NCBI GenBank assembly: GCA_963702025.1
Contig: OY969699.1
Location: 192,001 to 256,000 of the forward strand
Origin: an uncultured bacterium
GTDB lineage: Bacteria; Babelota; Babeliae; Babelales; Vermiphilaceae
DNA: 64,000 bases
Reading direction: 5' to 3'
Every line of letters starts with the position of its first letter. Within the stretch, counting starts at the first letter, position 1. Positions 1-9,925 of this stretch are shown piece after piece. The notes below the pieces were generated by a model. The model ran no database searches. It saw nothing but the letters and a program-made list of their open reading frames with translations, and had not been told where the DNA came from. The position numbers and the translations under genes were made by a program.

Positions 1-19
1 CCGAGCCCCCGCCGAGGGG

Positions 20-55
20 TTGCCGAGCCGGAAGGCCCGGATAAGCGAAGACTGG
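20..55. repeat. Palindromic repeat abutting the tmRNA 3' end; related copy downstream of tRNA-fMet
   Basis: ttgccgagccggaaggcccggataagcgaagactgg matches 51317-51352 at 31/36 positions. Confidence 0.75.
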
Positions 56-477
56 TGGAGGCGATGGGAGTCGAACCCATGTCCGCATAATATCAAACTT
101 CAAGCACTACATGCTTAGTCTGAGCATCTACGATTTGACCAGCTTCAAAGACACAGCGCAGCCAAAAAGACAGCTTAGTATACTAGTCATGCCACAAAAC
201 TATACAATCTTGCATGGTAGTTCCATCTTTTATAATACGTATTAGCCAAACTGACAGACACGTCCAGCTAATAAGGCATCAGCTAATTAAGCAAAAACAG
301 GTCCGCTTTGAGCGAAATCATTAAAGCTAAAAAGTGATGTTGGAATTGAACTATAGTTCGCTTCCACTTTTGCATCTTCTGCATTTCTTATTTTGACCAA
401 TTGTTTAACGAGCACTTAGCCAACGCTCGGCATGCTCTCAAAGCTATCAATAACACGTCGAAACCAAATACGCCCCC
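53..477 (-). ncRNA. ssrA: tmRNA (transfer-messenger RNA)
   Basis: 5' GGGGGCG pairs with 3' CGCCTCC-A-CCA, including the G3:U alanine identity pair; T-arm GGTTCGACTCC; internal tag ORF at 382-287; smpB nearby. Confidence 0.95.
287..382 (-). other. tmRNA proteolysis tag ORF, AEDAKVEANYSSIPTSLFSFNDFAQSGPVFA*
   Basis: GCA resume codon after an A-rich stretch; open for 31 codons to TAA; the resume point is inferred. Confidence 0.75.
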
Positions 478-540
478 AGTAATTTCAAAGAAAAGATTAT
501 AGTAAAACAGTAAGTAATTATTGATTATAAGTCAAATTTT

Positions 541-1656
541 TTAAAAAAGAGAGCACTCCTCCTTTTTTTCTTTTCTTTTAACCTTTGCTTCTTGAGCAAG
601 AAGAGTTTTGCAATCCCAAATTCTTACTCCTTTTTCGGTATACGAACCAAATGCCAACTCTTGACCATTAGGGCTAAATGTTAACGAGCCAGCTTCGTGG
701 CTTGCATTCTTATTGCTCGTGCTCGCCCTTATTAATTTTGCTGGCTGGTTTCCGGACAAGTCAGCAAGGAGCAAGTTTCCATCATCGATGCTCGCTGCAA
801 AAATTGTTTGTTGATTTGGGGCAGGGTTAATGGCAAGTGCAATGGCGGATACTTTTTTCTCGGGGGCATTAGAAAGCGCCGCTGAAATCTTAGAGCCTCT
901 TGGTGATTCCTTTTTGCCTTCTAGATTGTATACCGCTAATAATGCGGTACTACTTGCATCATAGACCTTAATATGTGACGAACAGGCAAGAAGCTTGTTA
1001 CCATTCTCAGCATAGGCAATTTTTAACTGGCCATCGCGGTCCTTTAAAGAATAATAAGCATAATCTCTTCTGCTATCCCATATTTTTACTGTGTCGTCTG
1101 CTGCACAGGTAGCGAAATGTTCCGGTTCAACAGGATGCCATTTAACTGCATGGATAGCACCTTCATGACCGTAAAATGCTCCTGCCTGTAATGTTTCTTT
1201 TTCGCGAATATCCCATATTTTTATCACACCATCTTTATAGCCCGCCAAAATGAGATTACCCTCTTTACTATAGTCCACTGCCGTTACCGGTACATTATCC
1301 TGCATCTCCCTGATGCATGCACCTTTTTCAATATCCCACATTTTAATTTTGTCATGGTCTCCGGTGGCATATTTCAATTCCCGTGGATCGGTGGCTAGTG
1401 CGACAACCGGACCGGTATTTATCCCGTCTGCTAAGCAGCTATTTTTAGCATTTCGTTTCCAAACTTTAATGGGAGAATTATTTAACTTATTATCATTGTA
1501 AGTGCCTGCAATAATGTAGGAGCCGTCATAACTATATGCCACCGATTCAACTGGGTAATTTGATTCTAAAAACGTCTTGGCCAAAGGCTCCATACACAAA
1601 ACTGCCAAGTGCGCCCAACACAACAAGCAATACATAAGAATTAAGAAATAGTTCAT
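541..1656 (-). CDS. Secreted WD40-repeat protein with C-terminal CaaX box (CSLF)
   Basis: N-terminal hydrophobic signal; repeated IKVW/IKMWD/IKIWD/VKIWD/VRIWD units and a GH motif; ends KVKRKEKKEECSLF. Confidence 0.88.
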   Translation of the reverse strand: MNYFLILMYCLLCWAHLAVLCMEPLAKTFLESNYPVESVAYSYDGSYIIAGTYNDNKLNNSPIKVWKRNAKNSCLADGINTGPVVALATDPRELKYATGDHDKIKMWDIEKGACIREMQDNVPVTAVDYSKEGNLILAGYKDGVIKIWDIREKETLQAGAFYGHEGAIHAVKWHPVEPEHFATCAADDTVKIWDSRRDYAYYSLKDRDGQLKIAYAENGNKLLACSSHIKVYDASSTALLAVYNLEGKKESPRGSKISAALSNAPEKKVSAIALAINPAPNQQTIFAASIDDGNLLLADLSGNQPAKLIRASTSNKNASHEAGSLTFSPNGQELAFGSYTEKGVRIWDCKTLLAQEAKVKRKEKKEECSLF

Positions 1657-1728
1657 CGCAGATCCTTTAAACCATGTTAAAAGAAATTATACTGTTAACC
1701 TTATCAAACTAATTTCATGAGTCAAAAC

Positions 1729-2187
1729 TTAGAATTTATAGCGCCCACGCAGCTCACGAGACGTCTCTCTTTTGATATCGCGCTCTTTGATGGTCTCTTT
1801 TTTATTCGCTGCTTTTTTGTGCTTCGCAACACCCAATTCTACCTTTGCAAAATTTCGGTCATTAAAATAGATCTTAAGAGGAACTATGGTAACTCCTTTA
1901 CGGGAAATATCACCGATGATGCGATTGATTTCTTTACGATTCAAAAGAAGCTTACGGCTTCGCGTAGCGTCCTCTTTTTTAGCTTGAAATGCTTGGGTGT
2001 AGGGAGTTATATTGCAATTTAATAAAAATAACTGTCCATCATGAACGGTGGCAAATGAGCCGATAAGTGATACTTTACCCGCCCGCAATGATTTAACTTC
2101 GTCACCCGTTAATACAATGCCTGCTTCTAATCGTTCAAGAATTTCATAATCAAAAAATGCTTTTTTGTTCTGTGCAACAACTTTCAT
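1729..2187 (-). CDS. smpB: SsrA-binding protein SmpB
   Basis: NKKAFFDY, EAGIVLTGDEVKSLR, RKLLL, basic C-terminal tail. Confidence 0.97.
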   Translation of the reverse strand: MKVVAQNKKAFFDYEILERLEAGIVLTGDEVKSLRAGKVSLIGSFATVHDGQLFLLNCNITPYTQAFQAKKEDATRSRKLLLNRKEINRIIGDISRKGVTIVPLKIYFNDRNFAKVELGVAKHKKAANKKETIKERDIKRETSRELRGRYKF

Positions 2188-2199
2188 ATTTGTACCAAT

Positions 2200-2655
2200 T
2201 TATTGTCGAATGACACGATGGAAAAAATGGAGTAACAATGGGTATGCAATAAGCGCGACGGCCAAACCAAGAACATGGCCGCCAATAAGAAATGCCCACA
2301 AAGAAAGGTTGGGTATCCCGAGGCAGGCGAGCTTCACATTGAGCCAGTTCATCCAGGTGGGATTATAGGCAAATAGATCAATGCCCAGCTGACGCGCAAT
2401 AAAAGTTCCTACGGCATAGTCTGCCAAATAAATAGGCACCATGGTGAGTGGGTTATTAACCACGTGTGCTGCCGCATACATCACCCCAAAGTTAAGGCGA
2501 AAGGCCCAGGCAAAAATAATGGTCAAGAGCCAATGAATCCCAAGAAGGGGGGAAAAAGCAATAAAAATCCCGAAGGATGAAGCAAGTGCAAGCTTTTGGG
2601 GGGTCCGCTCACCCAAAATCAACTGCTTACCAGTGTGGATCATTTTCTTTATCAT
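2200..2655 (-). CDS. DUF2062-family membrane protein
   Basis: TPQKLALASSFGIFIAFSPLLG and NPLT motifs; several TM segments. Confidence 0.8.
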   Translation of the reverse strand: MIKKMIHTGKQLILGERTPQKLALASSFGIFIAFSPLLGIHWLLTIIFAWAFRLNFGVMYAAAHVVNNPLTMVPIYLADYAVGTFIARQLGIDLFAYNPTWMNWLNVKLACLGIPNLSLWAFLIGGHVLGLAVALIAYPLLLHFFHRVIRQ

Positions 2656-2761
2656 TTTTACAACGCCAGAATTAAGAAATTTATTTTAATGTGAAAAAAT
2701 TTGCTTTTGGTATAGTATATCCTAAAGTTAGTTTAATACGCTAGGATATAGGATTGCTTAT

Positions 2762-3454
2762 ATGAATACTACAAAAATATACAAAATCGGATTGTTAAGC
2801 GTACTTGCATTCAGTGGCCCATTATACGCCTATGCCTACCCAAAAACTCTTTTTGTTGAACGCGTTATATTTCCCAGCACTCTTGAAACAGTTCCCACGA
2901 TTCGCGCATTTTATGCAGGAAGAAAAATATCGGGTGAAGTGAGCGGCAATAGTGTGACCTTCAGTTTCCCCGAAATGCGCCGCAACTTCTTCTATCTGCT
3001 TATATCTCATGATTTAGAATTTGGCTCTCCTGACAACACCATCTCCTGCCTCAAGCTCAAGAAAAATGCCAACTATAAATTTTATGCCCTTGAGCTGGTG
3101 AGTATGGAAAATAAAAAACGCAAAAGATCCTTAAATCAACCGCAATTTGATTACACCTGGAATGTGAAAGAGCTTACCTTATCACTGGCAGGCAACCGCA
3201 TTCCTGATGACACTATTATCGTGTGGTATAATCCCGATTTCATTAAAGCTTTAGAGGGCGGAAATCTTATTGAGTTTCCCAAAATTGTGATAAAGCCCGA
3301 CATTATATCGTTGCTTGGCTCTGAAGAAAAGTTGCACAACCTTTCCAACCAATATCTTCTGAGCGCACTCAATCTTGATACGATCCACGATAATATCACG
3401 CAAGAAATTGCACATACTGCCAGCCCAAAAACAATTCTTGCGCTGACCACCTAG
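2762..3454 (+). CDS. Hypothetical exported protein
   Basis: 230-aa ORF with signal peptide (AYA site), directly upstream of tsaD. Confidence 0.7.
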   Translation: MNTTKIYKIGLLSVLAFSGPLYAYAYPKTLFVERVIFPSTLETVPTIRAFYAGRKISGEVSGNSVTFSFPEMRRNFFYLLISHDLEFGSPDNTISCLKLKKNANYKFYALELVSMENKKRKRSLNQPQFDYTWNVKELTLSLAGNRIPDDTIIVWYNPDFIKALEGGNLIEFPKIVIKPDIISLLGSEEKLHNLSNQYLLSALNLDTIHDNITQEIAHTASPKTILALTT

Positions 3455-3462
3455 GATTTACT

Positions 3463-4485
3463 ATGGCACGTTTGACCTTAGGATTAGAGACATCATGCGA
3501 TGAAACTGCCGCCGCGGTATACCATGAGCAAAAAGGCATACTTTCCAGCGCCCTCTACTCCCAAGTGGCCTCGCATGCCAAACTTGGTGGGGTGCTACCC
3601 GAAATTGCTTCCCGCAAACAACTAGAAAAGATTAATCCTATCATCAAAGAGGCTCTCTCTTGCGCGAACGTGAGCATAGATGATATTGACTACATAGCCG
3701 TTACCCATAAGCCAGGCCTTCCCGGTTCTTTGCTTGCAGGCGTCTGCTTTGCAAAAGCACTCGCCTGGTCCTCCGGTAAAAAATTGATTGGTGTTAATCA
3801 TCTTGAGGGGCATGCATTTTCGCCATTAATTGAGCATGCTGTGCCATTTGCCCATATTTGCATAACCGCATCGGGTGGCCACACGGCCATTTACCTGATT
3901 GAGGGGCTTGGCAATTATACCATGCTGGGAGAAACGGTTGATGATGCAGCCGGTGAGGCATTTGATAAAATTGCTCGTTTGATGCACTACGAATATCCGG
4001 GTGGGCCAATTATAGAAAAACTTGCGGCGCAGGTTGCATATAAAGATTTTTTTCATTACCCACGCGCCATGAGCCAGGGCCTCAACTTTAGTTTTTCAGG
4101 CCTCAAAACGGCAGTGCTCTATGATCTGGTTAAACGCAATGCGTATGATTTGGCCGCTAAAAAGTTCTTAAAAGAACATGATGAGCAATTCAAACAGCAA
4201 GTTGCCAGCTCACTCTTGGTCTGCATCACCGATATTTTCATCGCTAAAATAGAAAAAGCTCTTCAACAATGCCCTCAAGCAAAAGCGGTTACCTTTGCCG
4301 GTGGCGTTGCCTGCAATCAATTTATTAAAAAGAAATTACAAGAACTCTGCGAGAAAAAGGGGATCTCATTTTTTACCCCTTCGCCCAAATATTGCACCGA
4401 CAATGGCGCAATGATCGCCTTTGTGGGCAATTATAAAGCGCAGCAAGGCAAGTTTTCCGATTGGGACCTTGATATTTTGCGATGA
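3463..4485 (+). CDS. tsaD: tRNA threonylcarbamoyladenosine (t6A) transferase TsaD
   Basis: GLETSCDET, HLEGH, SGGHT, DDAAGEAFDK, FSFSGLKT, CTDNGAMI. Confidence 0.96.
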   Translation: MARLTLGLETSCDETAAAVYHEQKGILSSALYSQVASHAKLGGVLPEIASRKQLEKINPIIKEALSCANVSIDDIDYIAVTHKPGLPGSLLAGVCFAKALAWSSGKKLIGVNHLEGHAFSPLIEHAVPFAHICITASGGHTAIYLIEGLGNYTMLGETVDDAAGEAFDKIARLMHYEYPGGPIIEKLAAQVAYKDFFHYPRAMSQGLNFSFSGLKTAVLYDLVKRNAYDLAAKKFLKEHDEQFKQQVASSLLVCITDIFIAKIEKALQQCPQAKAVTFAGGVACNQFIKKKLQELCEKKGISFFTPSPKYCTDNGAMIAFVGNYKAQQGKFSDWDLDILR

Positions 4486-4654
4486 GCTAATCCGCCTTTC
4501 AGCCTTGGATTCGTAAAATAGATGAACAGGTAAATCAGTTACACACAAGACCGGATACTAAACCGTCAACATAAAGAATTCATTAAAATTAAAATGAAAA
4601 AACGATCACTCAATAAACAAGCACAAGAAGAAGTAAGAAAATCTCAATAATTTT

Positions 4655-6289
4655 TTACATTCCTGACGAAGATCCATTTGTGCCGCTGCCGCCACCGGGT
4701 ACCGTTTTCTTGTTGATCGCTTCTAAAAATTCGCGATTGGTTTTCGCTTTTTTCATCTTATCAATCAAGAATTCCATACCTTCAATCGTATTCATCGTTG
4801 CCAAGACTTTCTGCAACACCCATACTTTGTTCAAATCTTCTTCGGATAAGAGAAGATCTTCACGCCGAGTTCCGGACATCAAGAGATCAAATGATGGATA
4901 AATACGCCGATTGGAAAGTTTACGCGTCATGTGCATTTCTAAGTTACCCGTACCTTTAAACTCTTCATAGATAACTTCGTCCATACGTGAGCCGGTTTCA
5001 ACGAGCGCTGATGCTATAATGGTGAGCGAGCCGCCTTCTTCCATATTTCGCGCCGCGCCAAAGAAACGTTTTGGGCGGGTAAGCGCATTGGCATCAATAC
5101 CACCGGTTAATATTTTACCGGAGGCAGGCGCCATGGTGTTATAGGCACGCGCCAAACGGGTTATTGAATCGAGAATGATAAAAACATCTTTACCCGCCTC
5201 AACTAATCGTTTTGCTTTTTCCATAACAATTTCAGCTACTTGAATATGGCGATCGGCAGATTCATCGAAGGTTGAGCTGATTACTTGCGCCGATGATCCA
5301 CGAACCGTGCGCCTCATATCGGCAACCTCTTCGGGCCGCTCATCAACGAGTAAAATAATAAGAATTGCTTCAGGATGATTGGCGATTACCGCTTGTGCAA
5401 TCTCCTTAAGCAACATTGTTTTACCCACTTTTGGCGGCGCAACAATTAATGCACGCTGACCTTTGCCCACTGGGGTAAATAGATCCATTATGCGGGTAGA
5501 AATGCAGGTTGGATCATATTCGAGATTAAATTTTTTATTTGGGTGTAACGGTGAAAGTCTATCAAAATTCGGGCGATCTCCCGCCAACGCCGGGTCTTCA
5601 AAATTTACTTTAGACACTTTAAGAAGCGCAAAATATTTTTCACCTTCTTTTGGTTTACGTATTACACCGGATACGGTGTCGCCTGTTCTTAAATTGAAAC
5701 GCCTAATTTGAGAGGGAGATACGTAAATATCATCCGGCCCTGAAACATAATCGTATTGTGCCGATCGTAAAAACCCAAACCCGTCAGGCAACTTTTCCAG
5801 AACACCCTCAACTTCGATTTCTAAATCAGGATTAGCATCGAGATACTTTATACGCTCTATAAGATTGGTTTTTGATAAAAGACTTGCGCCGACAATGCCA
5901 AATCTTCGCGCATACATATTTAATTCGCCGATAGTCATCTCTTCAAGCGGAATTAGGGTGCGTTGTTTTTGTTCACGATAGTGTGGCTGGCTTGGCATTT
6001 GCCCTGGATCTCTTTGATCCTTTTCACGATAATCGGATGATTGGCGCTGTTCAGATGATGGACTAGCATCCGATTCTCGCTGACGATACTGGGTTCTCAC
6101 ATAGGGTCTACGTTCGCGAGTATATGGACGCGGTTGAGTGCTCTTTTGCTCTTCAGTTGGTTGAGGTAATTCAGAATTAGAACTCGCATTGGTAGGCACT
6201 GGCATATCTACTTCGGGCATAGGTTCTTGTTTCTGATTGTTTTGATCATCGCTGACCACCGGTTTTAATTTTGGATCTTGATCATTCAT
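4655..6289 (-). CDS. rho: Transcription termination factor Rho with a polar N-terminal extension
   Basis: [21 protein letters not shown], Walker [28 protein letters not shown]; start set at the ATG after an AGGAG RBS. Confidence 0.97.
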   Translation of the reverse strand: MNDQDPKLKPVVSDDQNNQKQEPMPEVDMPVPTNASSNSELPQPTEEQKSTQPRPYTRERRPYVRTQYRQRESDASPSSEQRQSSDYREKDQRDPGQMPSQPHYREQKQRTLIPLEEMTIGELNMYARRFGIVGASLLSKTNLIERIKYLDANPDLEIEVEGVLEKLPDGFGFLRSAQYDYVSGPDDIYVSPSQIRRFNLRTGDTVSGVIRKPKEGEKYFALLKVSKVNFEDPALAGDRPNFDRLSPLHPNKKFNLEYDPTCISTRIMDLFTPVGKGQRALIVAPPKVGKTMLLKEIAQAVIANHPEAILIILLVDERPEEVADMRRTVRGSSAQVISSTFDESADRHIQVAEIVMEKAKRLVEAGKDVFIILDSITRLARAYNTMAPASGKILTGGIDANALTRPKRFFGAARNMEEGGSLTIIASALVETGSRMDEVIYEEFKGTGNLEMHMTRKLSNRRIYPSFDLLMSGTRREDLLLSEEDLNKVWVLQKVLATMNTIEGMEFLIDKMKKAKTNREFLEAINKKTVPGGGSGTNGSSSGM

Positions 6290-6533
6290 CAAAATCTCCT
6301 CAAAGCAAAAATGAAGACACAAAAAGTCATAATATCTCCGAAAATAATTTTTATACTATTGAATTTCACTCAAAAAGTGACCCTAGTTTCCATCGATAAA
6401 AAGGATTTTTTATATAAATTCGATACAGAAATAGAAAGCTTATTTGCAAAAAAATTTTTCTACTAGAATTATTTTATCATGACAAACATTCTATTTTCAA
6501 CTAAATAGTGCATCGTATTAAAAAAAGCTATTT

Positions 6534-7433
6534 TTAAAGGCTTTTTTTCGCATCTTTATAGAGCAGCATCATAACAGGGCTTGCAATATAAATTGAAGAA
6601 TAGGTGCCAAATACTATTCCAATTAGCAATGCCAAAGAAAAATCTCTTAATGCTTCTCCACCAAAAAAGAGCATAGAAAGAACTGTTAAAGCTGTCGCAA
6701 AACTTAATAAAACACTACGACGCAGCGTTTTATTGAGACTTAAGTTAACGATTTCGTGCAGCGTTGCATCTTTCATTTTATGCAAATTATCACGAATTCT
6801 ACTAAAAATTACAATGGTATCGTTAATTGAATAGCCCATCACTGCCAAAATTACACCGATAACGTTAACTGATATTTCAAGATCAAACATTAAGAAAATG
6901 CCCAGAATAGCAAGAGGGTCATGAATAAGGGCAACAATAGCTCCCGCCGCAAAAGCAAATGACCAAAAACGGATAGCGATATAAATTAATATTGCAATCA
7001 ACGCAATAAGCACCGCCAGGAAAAAATTCCATCGCAGGGTTTTTCCTACGCCGGGGCCCACCGCTTCACTTTGTAATATTTGAACCTGATTATCTGGCAT
7101 TTCAGTTTGAACGGCTTGGCGCATACGCTCTGCCAAACCCTTTGAGTCATTAGAATATTCGCTCACGCGAATTAAGACTTCTTCAGGAGTTGAAAACTCA
7201 CGGGCGATTGGATTGCTCCATCCATTTTTCTCTAAAATATCTTTTACGTGGCATATGCTTACCGGTTTGGCAAACTTAAGCATAACCTGTGTGCCACCGG
7301 TAAAATCGATACTATACTTAAACGTTTCGCCGCGCGTCTGCCATTTATATACATAAACGCCTAACGATGCGAGCAAAAAGAGAAAGCTAAAAGTTCCACA
7401 AACTAAACGATATTTTAAAAAATTAATCATCAC
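6534..7433 (-). CDS. secF: Protein translocase subunit SecF
   Basis: IDFTGGT, VGPGVG, GYSINDTIVIFSRIR, GTYSSIYIA. Confidence 0.95.
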   Translation of the reverse strand: MMINFLKYRLVCGTFSFLFLLASLGVYVYKWQTRGETFKYSIDFTGGTQVMLKFAKPVSICHVKDILEKNGWSNPIAREFSTPEEVLIRVSEYSNDSKGLAERMRQAVQTEMPDNQVQILQSEAVGPGVGKTLRWNFFLAVLIALIAILIYIAIRFWSFAFAAGAIVALIHDPLAILGIFLMFDLEISVNVIGVILAVMGYSINDTIVIFSRIRDNLHKMKDATLHEIVNLSLNKTLRRSVLLSFATALTVLSMLFFGGEALRDFSLALLIGIVFGTYSSIYIASPVMMLLYKDAKKSL

Positions 7434-7551
7434 GCTCTCCGAACTACTTATTATAATGCATATTTTATCGTGGGGTTTTTAGGATTTTTTCACTTGCTTT
7501 AGGCCAGCCACAAAGGCAGAAATCTGATCGATTTGGCACTAAAAAAACGAA

Positions 7552-7809
7552 CTAGGCAAGTGGAAGTATTGAAACGTATTTACGACCCTTGGGCCCAAAG
7601 TGAAATTTAAGCGTTCCTTGCGTTTTGGCAAAGAGCGTATCATCTTTTCCTATGCCAACATATTTACCGGGATGAAACTTGGTACCACGCTGTCTGACGA
7701 TAACTTCACCGCCATTGACTACTTGACCATCAAAAAGCTTTACCCCTAGTCGCTTACTCTGACTATCGCGATTATTCTGCGTCGATCCACCGGTTTTACT
7801 CGTTGCCAT
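7552..7809 (-). CDS. rpmA: 50S ribosomal protein L27
   Basis: [31 protein letters not shown]. Confidence 0.97.
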   Translation of the reverse strand: MATSKTGGSTQNNRDSQSKRLGVKLFDGQVVNGGEVIVRQRGTKFHPGKYVGIGKDDTLFAKTQGTLKFHFGPKGRKYVSILPLA

Positions 7810-7998
7810 CGCAATCCTTATTATTCGTTACTATGTGAATTATTTTTTTTTAGACAAGGCTATTATGGTTCTAGTATGGATAGATCAGCAAAAAAGTCAA
7901 TATCGAGTTTACAAATCCCTAAAAAAGGCTATGCTTTATGATAAGCAAATTATAATAAAAAGTTGCAAATTTGGCGCTATAAACGGAGGCCAATGCTC

Positions 7999-8691
7999 AT
8001 GAAAAAAGTTGCTCTACTTTTAAATAGTCTTCTCTTCTTAACCAATTCCTTTTCTCTTGAACCAGGCAAAGCACCGCTGGTAAAAGCTGCTGCCGACTCG
8101 ATTTTATTGAATGCGGCAAAAAAAGGTGAATCCCAGCAAATTAAACGCATTCTCGATCATAAAAATGATCCTGATATTCGGGATTCAAATGGCGTAACAC
8201 CCTTAATGTTTGCCTCATATTTTGGATACACTCCCATAGTCCAGATGCTCTTGGCCGCCCGCGCAAACTGTAATCTCGCTACGCATTCAAATAACGCATT
8301 TTCTTTTGGCAAACTGCTCTCAAATAAAAATAGTGGTACCACCGCATTAATGCTTGCGGCATTTTGTGGAAAAATAGAAATCGTTTTGGCACTCTTAAAA
8401 TCCGGCGCTAATCCAAATGCCGTTGATAGTGATGGCCAAACAGCTTTAACGTATGCTATTTTAGCTGATAAAGAATGGCCACATGCGCCGCTGCATGAAT
8501 CGCGCAAAAGGATTATCAAACTACTTCTTGATTTTGGCGCTAATCCAAATATTTGTGATAAAAACGGATTGAATCCTGCCTACTATTATTCTTGTGTGGC
8601 GGGCCTTGTTCCCGGTTTTGGCGTTCGAGGATTCGATACTGATCCAGAAGTTGCGGAGAATGATCCTTTATATAAACGAATGAAATGGTAA
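7999..8691 (+). CDS. Secreted ankyrin-repeat protein
   Basis: GVTPLMFAS, GTTALMLAA, GQTALTYA, GANPN units; signal peptide; start chosen by GGAGG spacing. Confidence 0.88.
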   Translation: MKKVALLLNSLLFLTNSFSLEPGKAPLVKAAADSILLNAAKKGESQQIKRILDHKNDPDIRDSNGVTPLMFASYFGYTPIVQMLLAARANCNLATHSNNAFSFGKLLSNKNSGTTALMLAAFCGKIEIVLALLKSGANPNAVDSDGQTALTYAILADKEWPHAPLHESRKRIIKLLLDFGANPNICDKNGLNPAYYYSCVAGLVPGFGVRGFDTDPEVAENDPLYKRMKW

Positions 8692-8701
8692 GGAGTAACA
8701 A

Positions 8702-9448
8702 ATGAAGCAAACCTTTCTTATTTTAACATTGACTACCTATTTGGGAGTTCATGCAATGGAAAGCAATAAAAAACACCCATCCCCATCAGTTTGGGTTTGG
8801 AGCCCTGAAATAGAGAAAGCGCTTGAAATAGCAGCTCAATGGCATGATGGCACATATCGGAAAGGATTGAGTTCGCATCAACCAGCATTTATGTTGCCTA
8901 ACCAAGAAAGTCCTAAAGTTCCGGTCATAACACATTTGGCCGGTGTTGCTATGATATTACTAAGAACAGGATGGGATGATGAAACGGTAGCTGCAGGGCT
9001 TTTGCATGATACACTTGAAGATGCAAATAAAGCCCAACAAAATTTAAGCAAAACAGCACTAGAAGAAGCGGTTGGTAAAAATATTGCAAATATTGTCGCA
9101 GAAGTATCCGAGCAAAAAACCGATAGCTCCGGCGCTAAACTCAGCTGGAAAGAACGCAAAGAAGCCTATATAGCTCATCTAAAAGAAACCGGCAATTTTA
9201 GAGCGGTAGCAGTAAGTTTAGCCGATAAAATTAATAATATCCGTACCATGAATAATACTATTGCAGCAGGCATTAATCCTTTTAAAGCATCAACCGATAG
9301 AGAAGCGCTCAAAGCGGGCCCCGCTGAACAGATTTGGTATTTCACATCAGTCATCGAAGCTTCTGTGCGGTTTGATGATTCTCGCCTAAAACCATTGCGC
9401 GAAACATTGTCGCAGGAATTAACTCGTTTTAAAGATCTCACAAAATAA
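8702..9448 (+). CDS. HD-domain hydrolase (Mesh1/small alarmone hydrolase-like) with signal peptide
   Basis: HLAGVA, AGLLHDTLED, WKERK, LADKINN; N-terminus MKQTFLILTLTTYLGVHA. Confidence 0.82.
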   Translation: MKQTFLILTLTTYLGVHAMESNKKHPSPSVWVWSPEIEKALEIAAQWHDGTYRKGLSSHQPAFMLPNQESPKVPVITHLAGVAMILLRTGWDDETVAAGLLHDTLEDANKAQQNLSKTALEEAVGKNIANIVAEVSEQKTDSSGAKLSWKERKEAYIAHLKETGNFRAVAVSLADKINNIRTMNNTIAAGINPFKASTDREALKAGPAEQIWYFTSVIEASVRFDDSRLKPLRETLSQELTRFKDLTK

Positions 9449-9462
9449 AAAAAATCTTATTG

Positions 9463-9492
9463 AAAGACCTTCGTTAAAAAACGGGGTCTTTT
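9463..9492. terminator. Probable bidirectional intrinsic terminator
   Basis: Imperfect hairpin aaagaccttcgtt/aacggggtcttt between convergent genes. Confidence 0.6.
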
Positions 9493-9505
9493 ATTAAAAG
9501 AAGTT

Positions 9506-9925
9506 TTAGATCTTAATAAGCCTATATAATTTTTTCATAAGATTGAAATGAGTTTCAGCTTTTTGTGCAATTCTTTCAGCCATCTCATCGCTATAAGTAT
9601 GCACGGTCTCATTGCGATCATCAGACATTTCTAATGCTTCTCGCAGTTCATTTTCAGATAACAGTTTTTGATTAAAACATTCTTGAAATACCTTCTTAGG
9701 CGAAACCACTTCTTGCCCATGTTTTTTTGCTAAAAAATCTTTTAAACTTTTCCAAAGTAGATCGAAACATATCTCAAAGCGCTTGATGACAGAATCACGA
9801 AATGCTATAGTTTCGGGAGAATTTTTAGGTTTATGCTTCTTACTTTCTGTAAGCAACTCAATACTATTTGAAAATTGTATGAGCGCTTTATCAAGATCCT
9901 GATATCGCTTAGTTACTCTTTCCAC
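9506..9925 (-). CDS. HEPN-domain RNase toxin (HI0074/HepT-like)
   Basis: RDSVIKRFEICFDLLWK and the R-x4-H motif RNETVH; follows an MNT gene. Confidence 0.88.
   Translation of the reverse strand: MERVTKRYQDLDKALIQFSNSIELLTESKKHKPKNSPETIAFRDSVIKRFEICFDLLWKSLKDFLAKKHGQEVVSPKKVFQECFNQKLLSENELREALEMSDDRNETVHTYSDEMAERIAQKAETHFNLMKKLYRLIKI

Noticed and set aside
5950..6289. Long polar N-terminal extension of Rho
   Set aside because: Low-complexity N-terminal insertions in Rho are well known in many phyla
6534..7433. secF without an adjacent secD
   Set aside because: Gene-order scrambling is common in reduced genomes; secD may lie elsewhere and cannot be judged from this window
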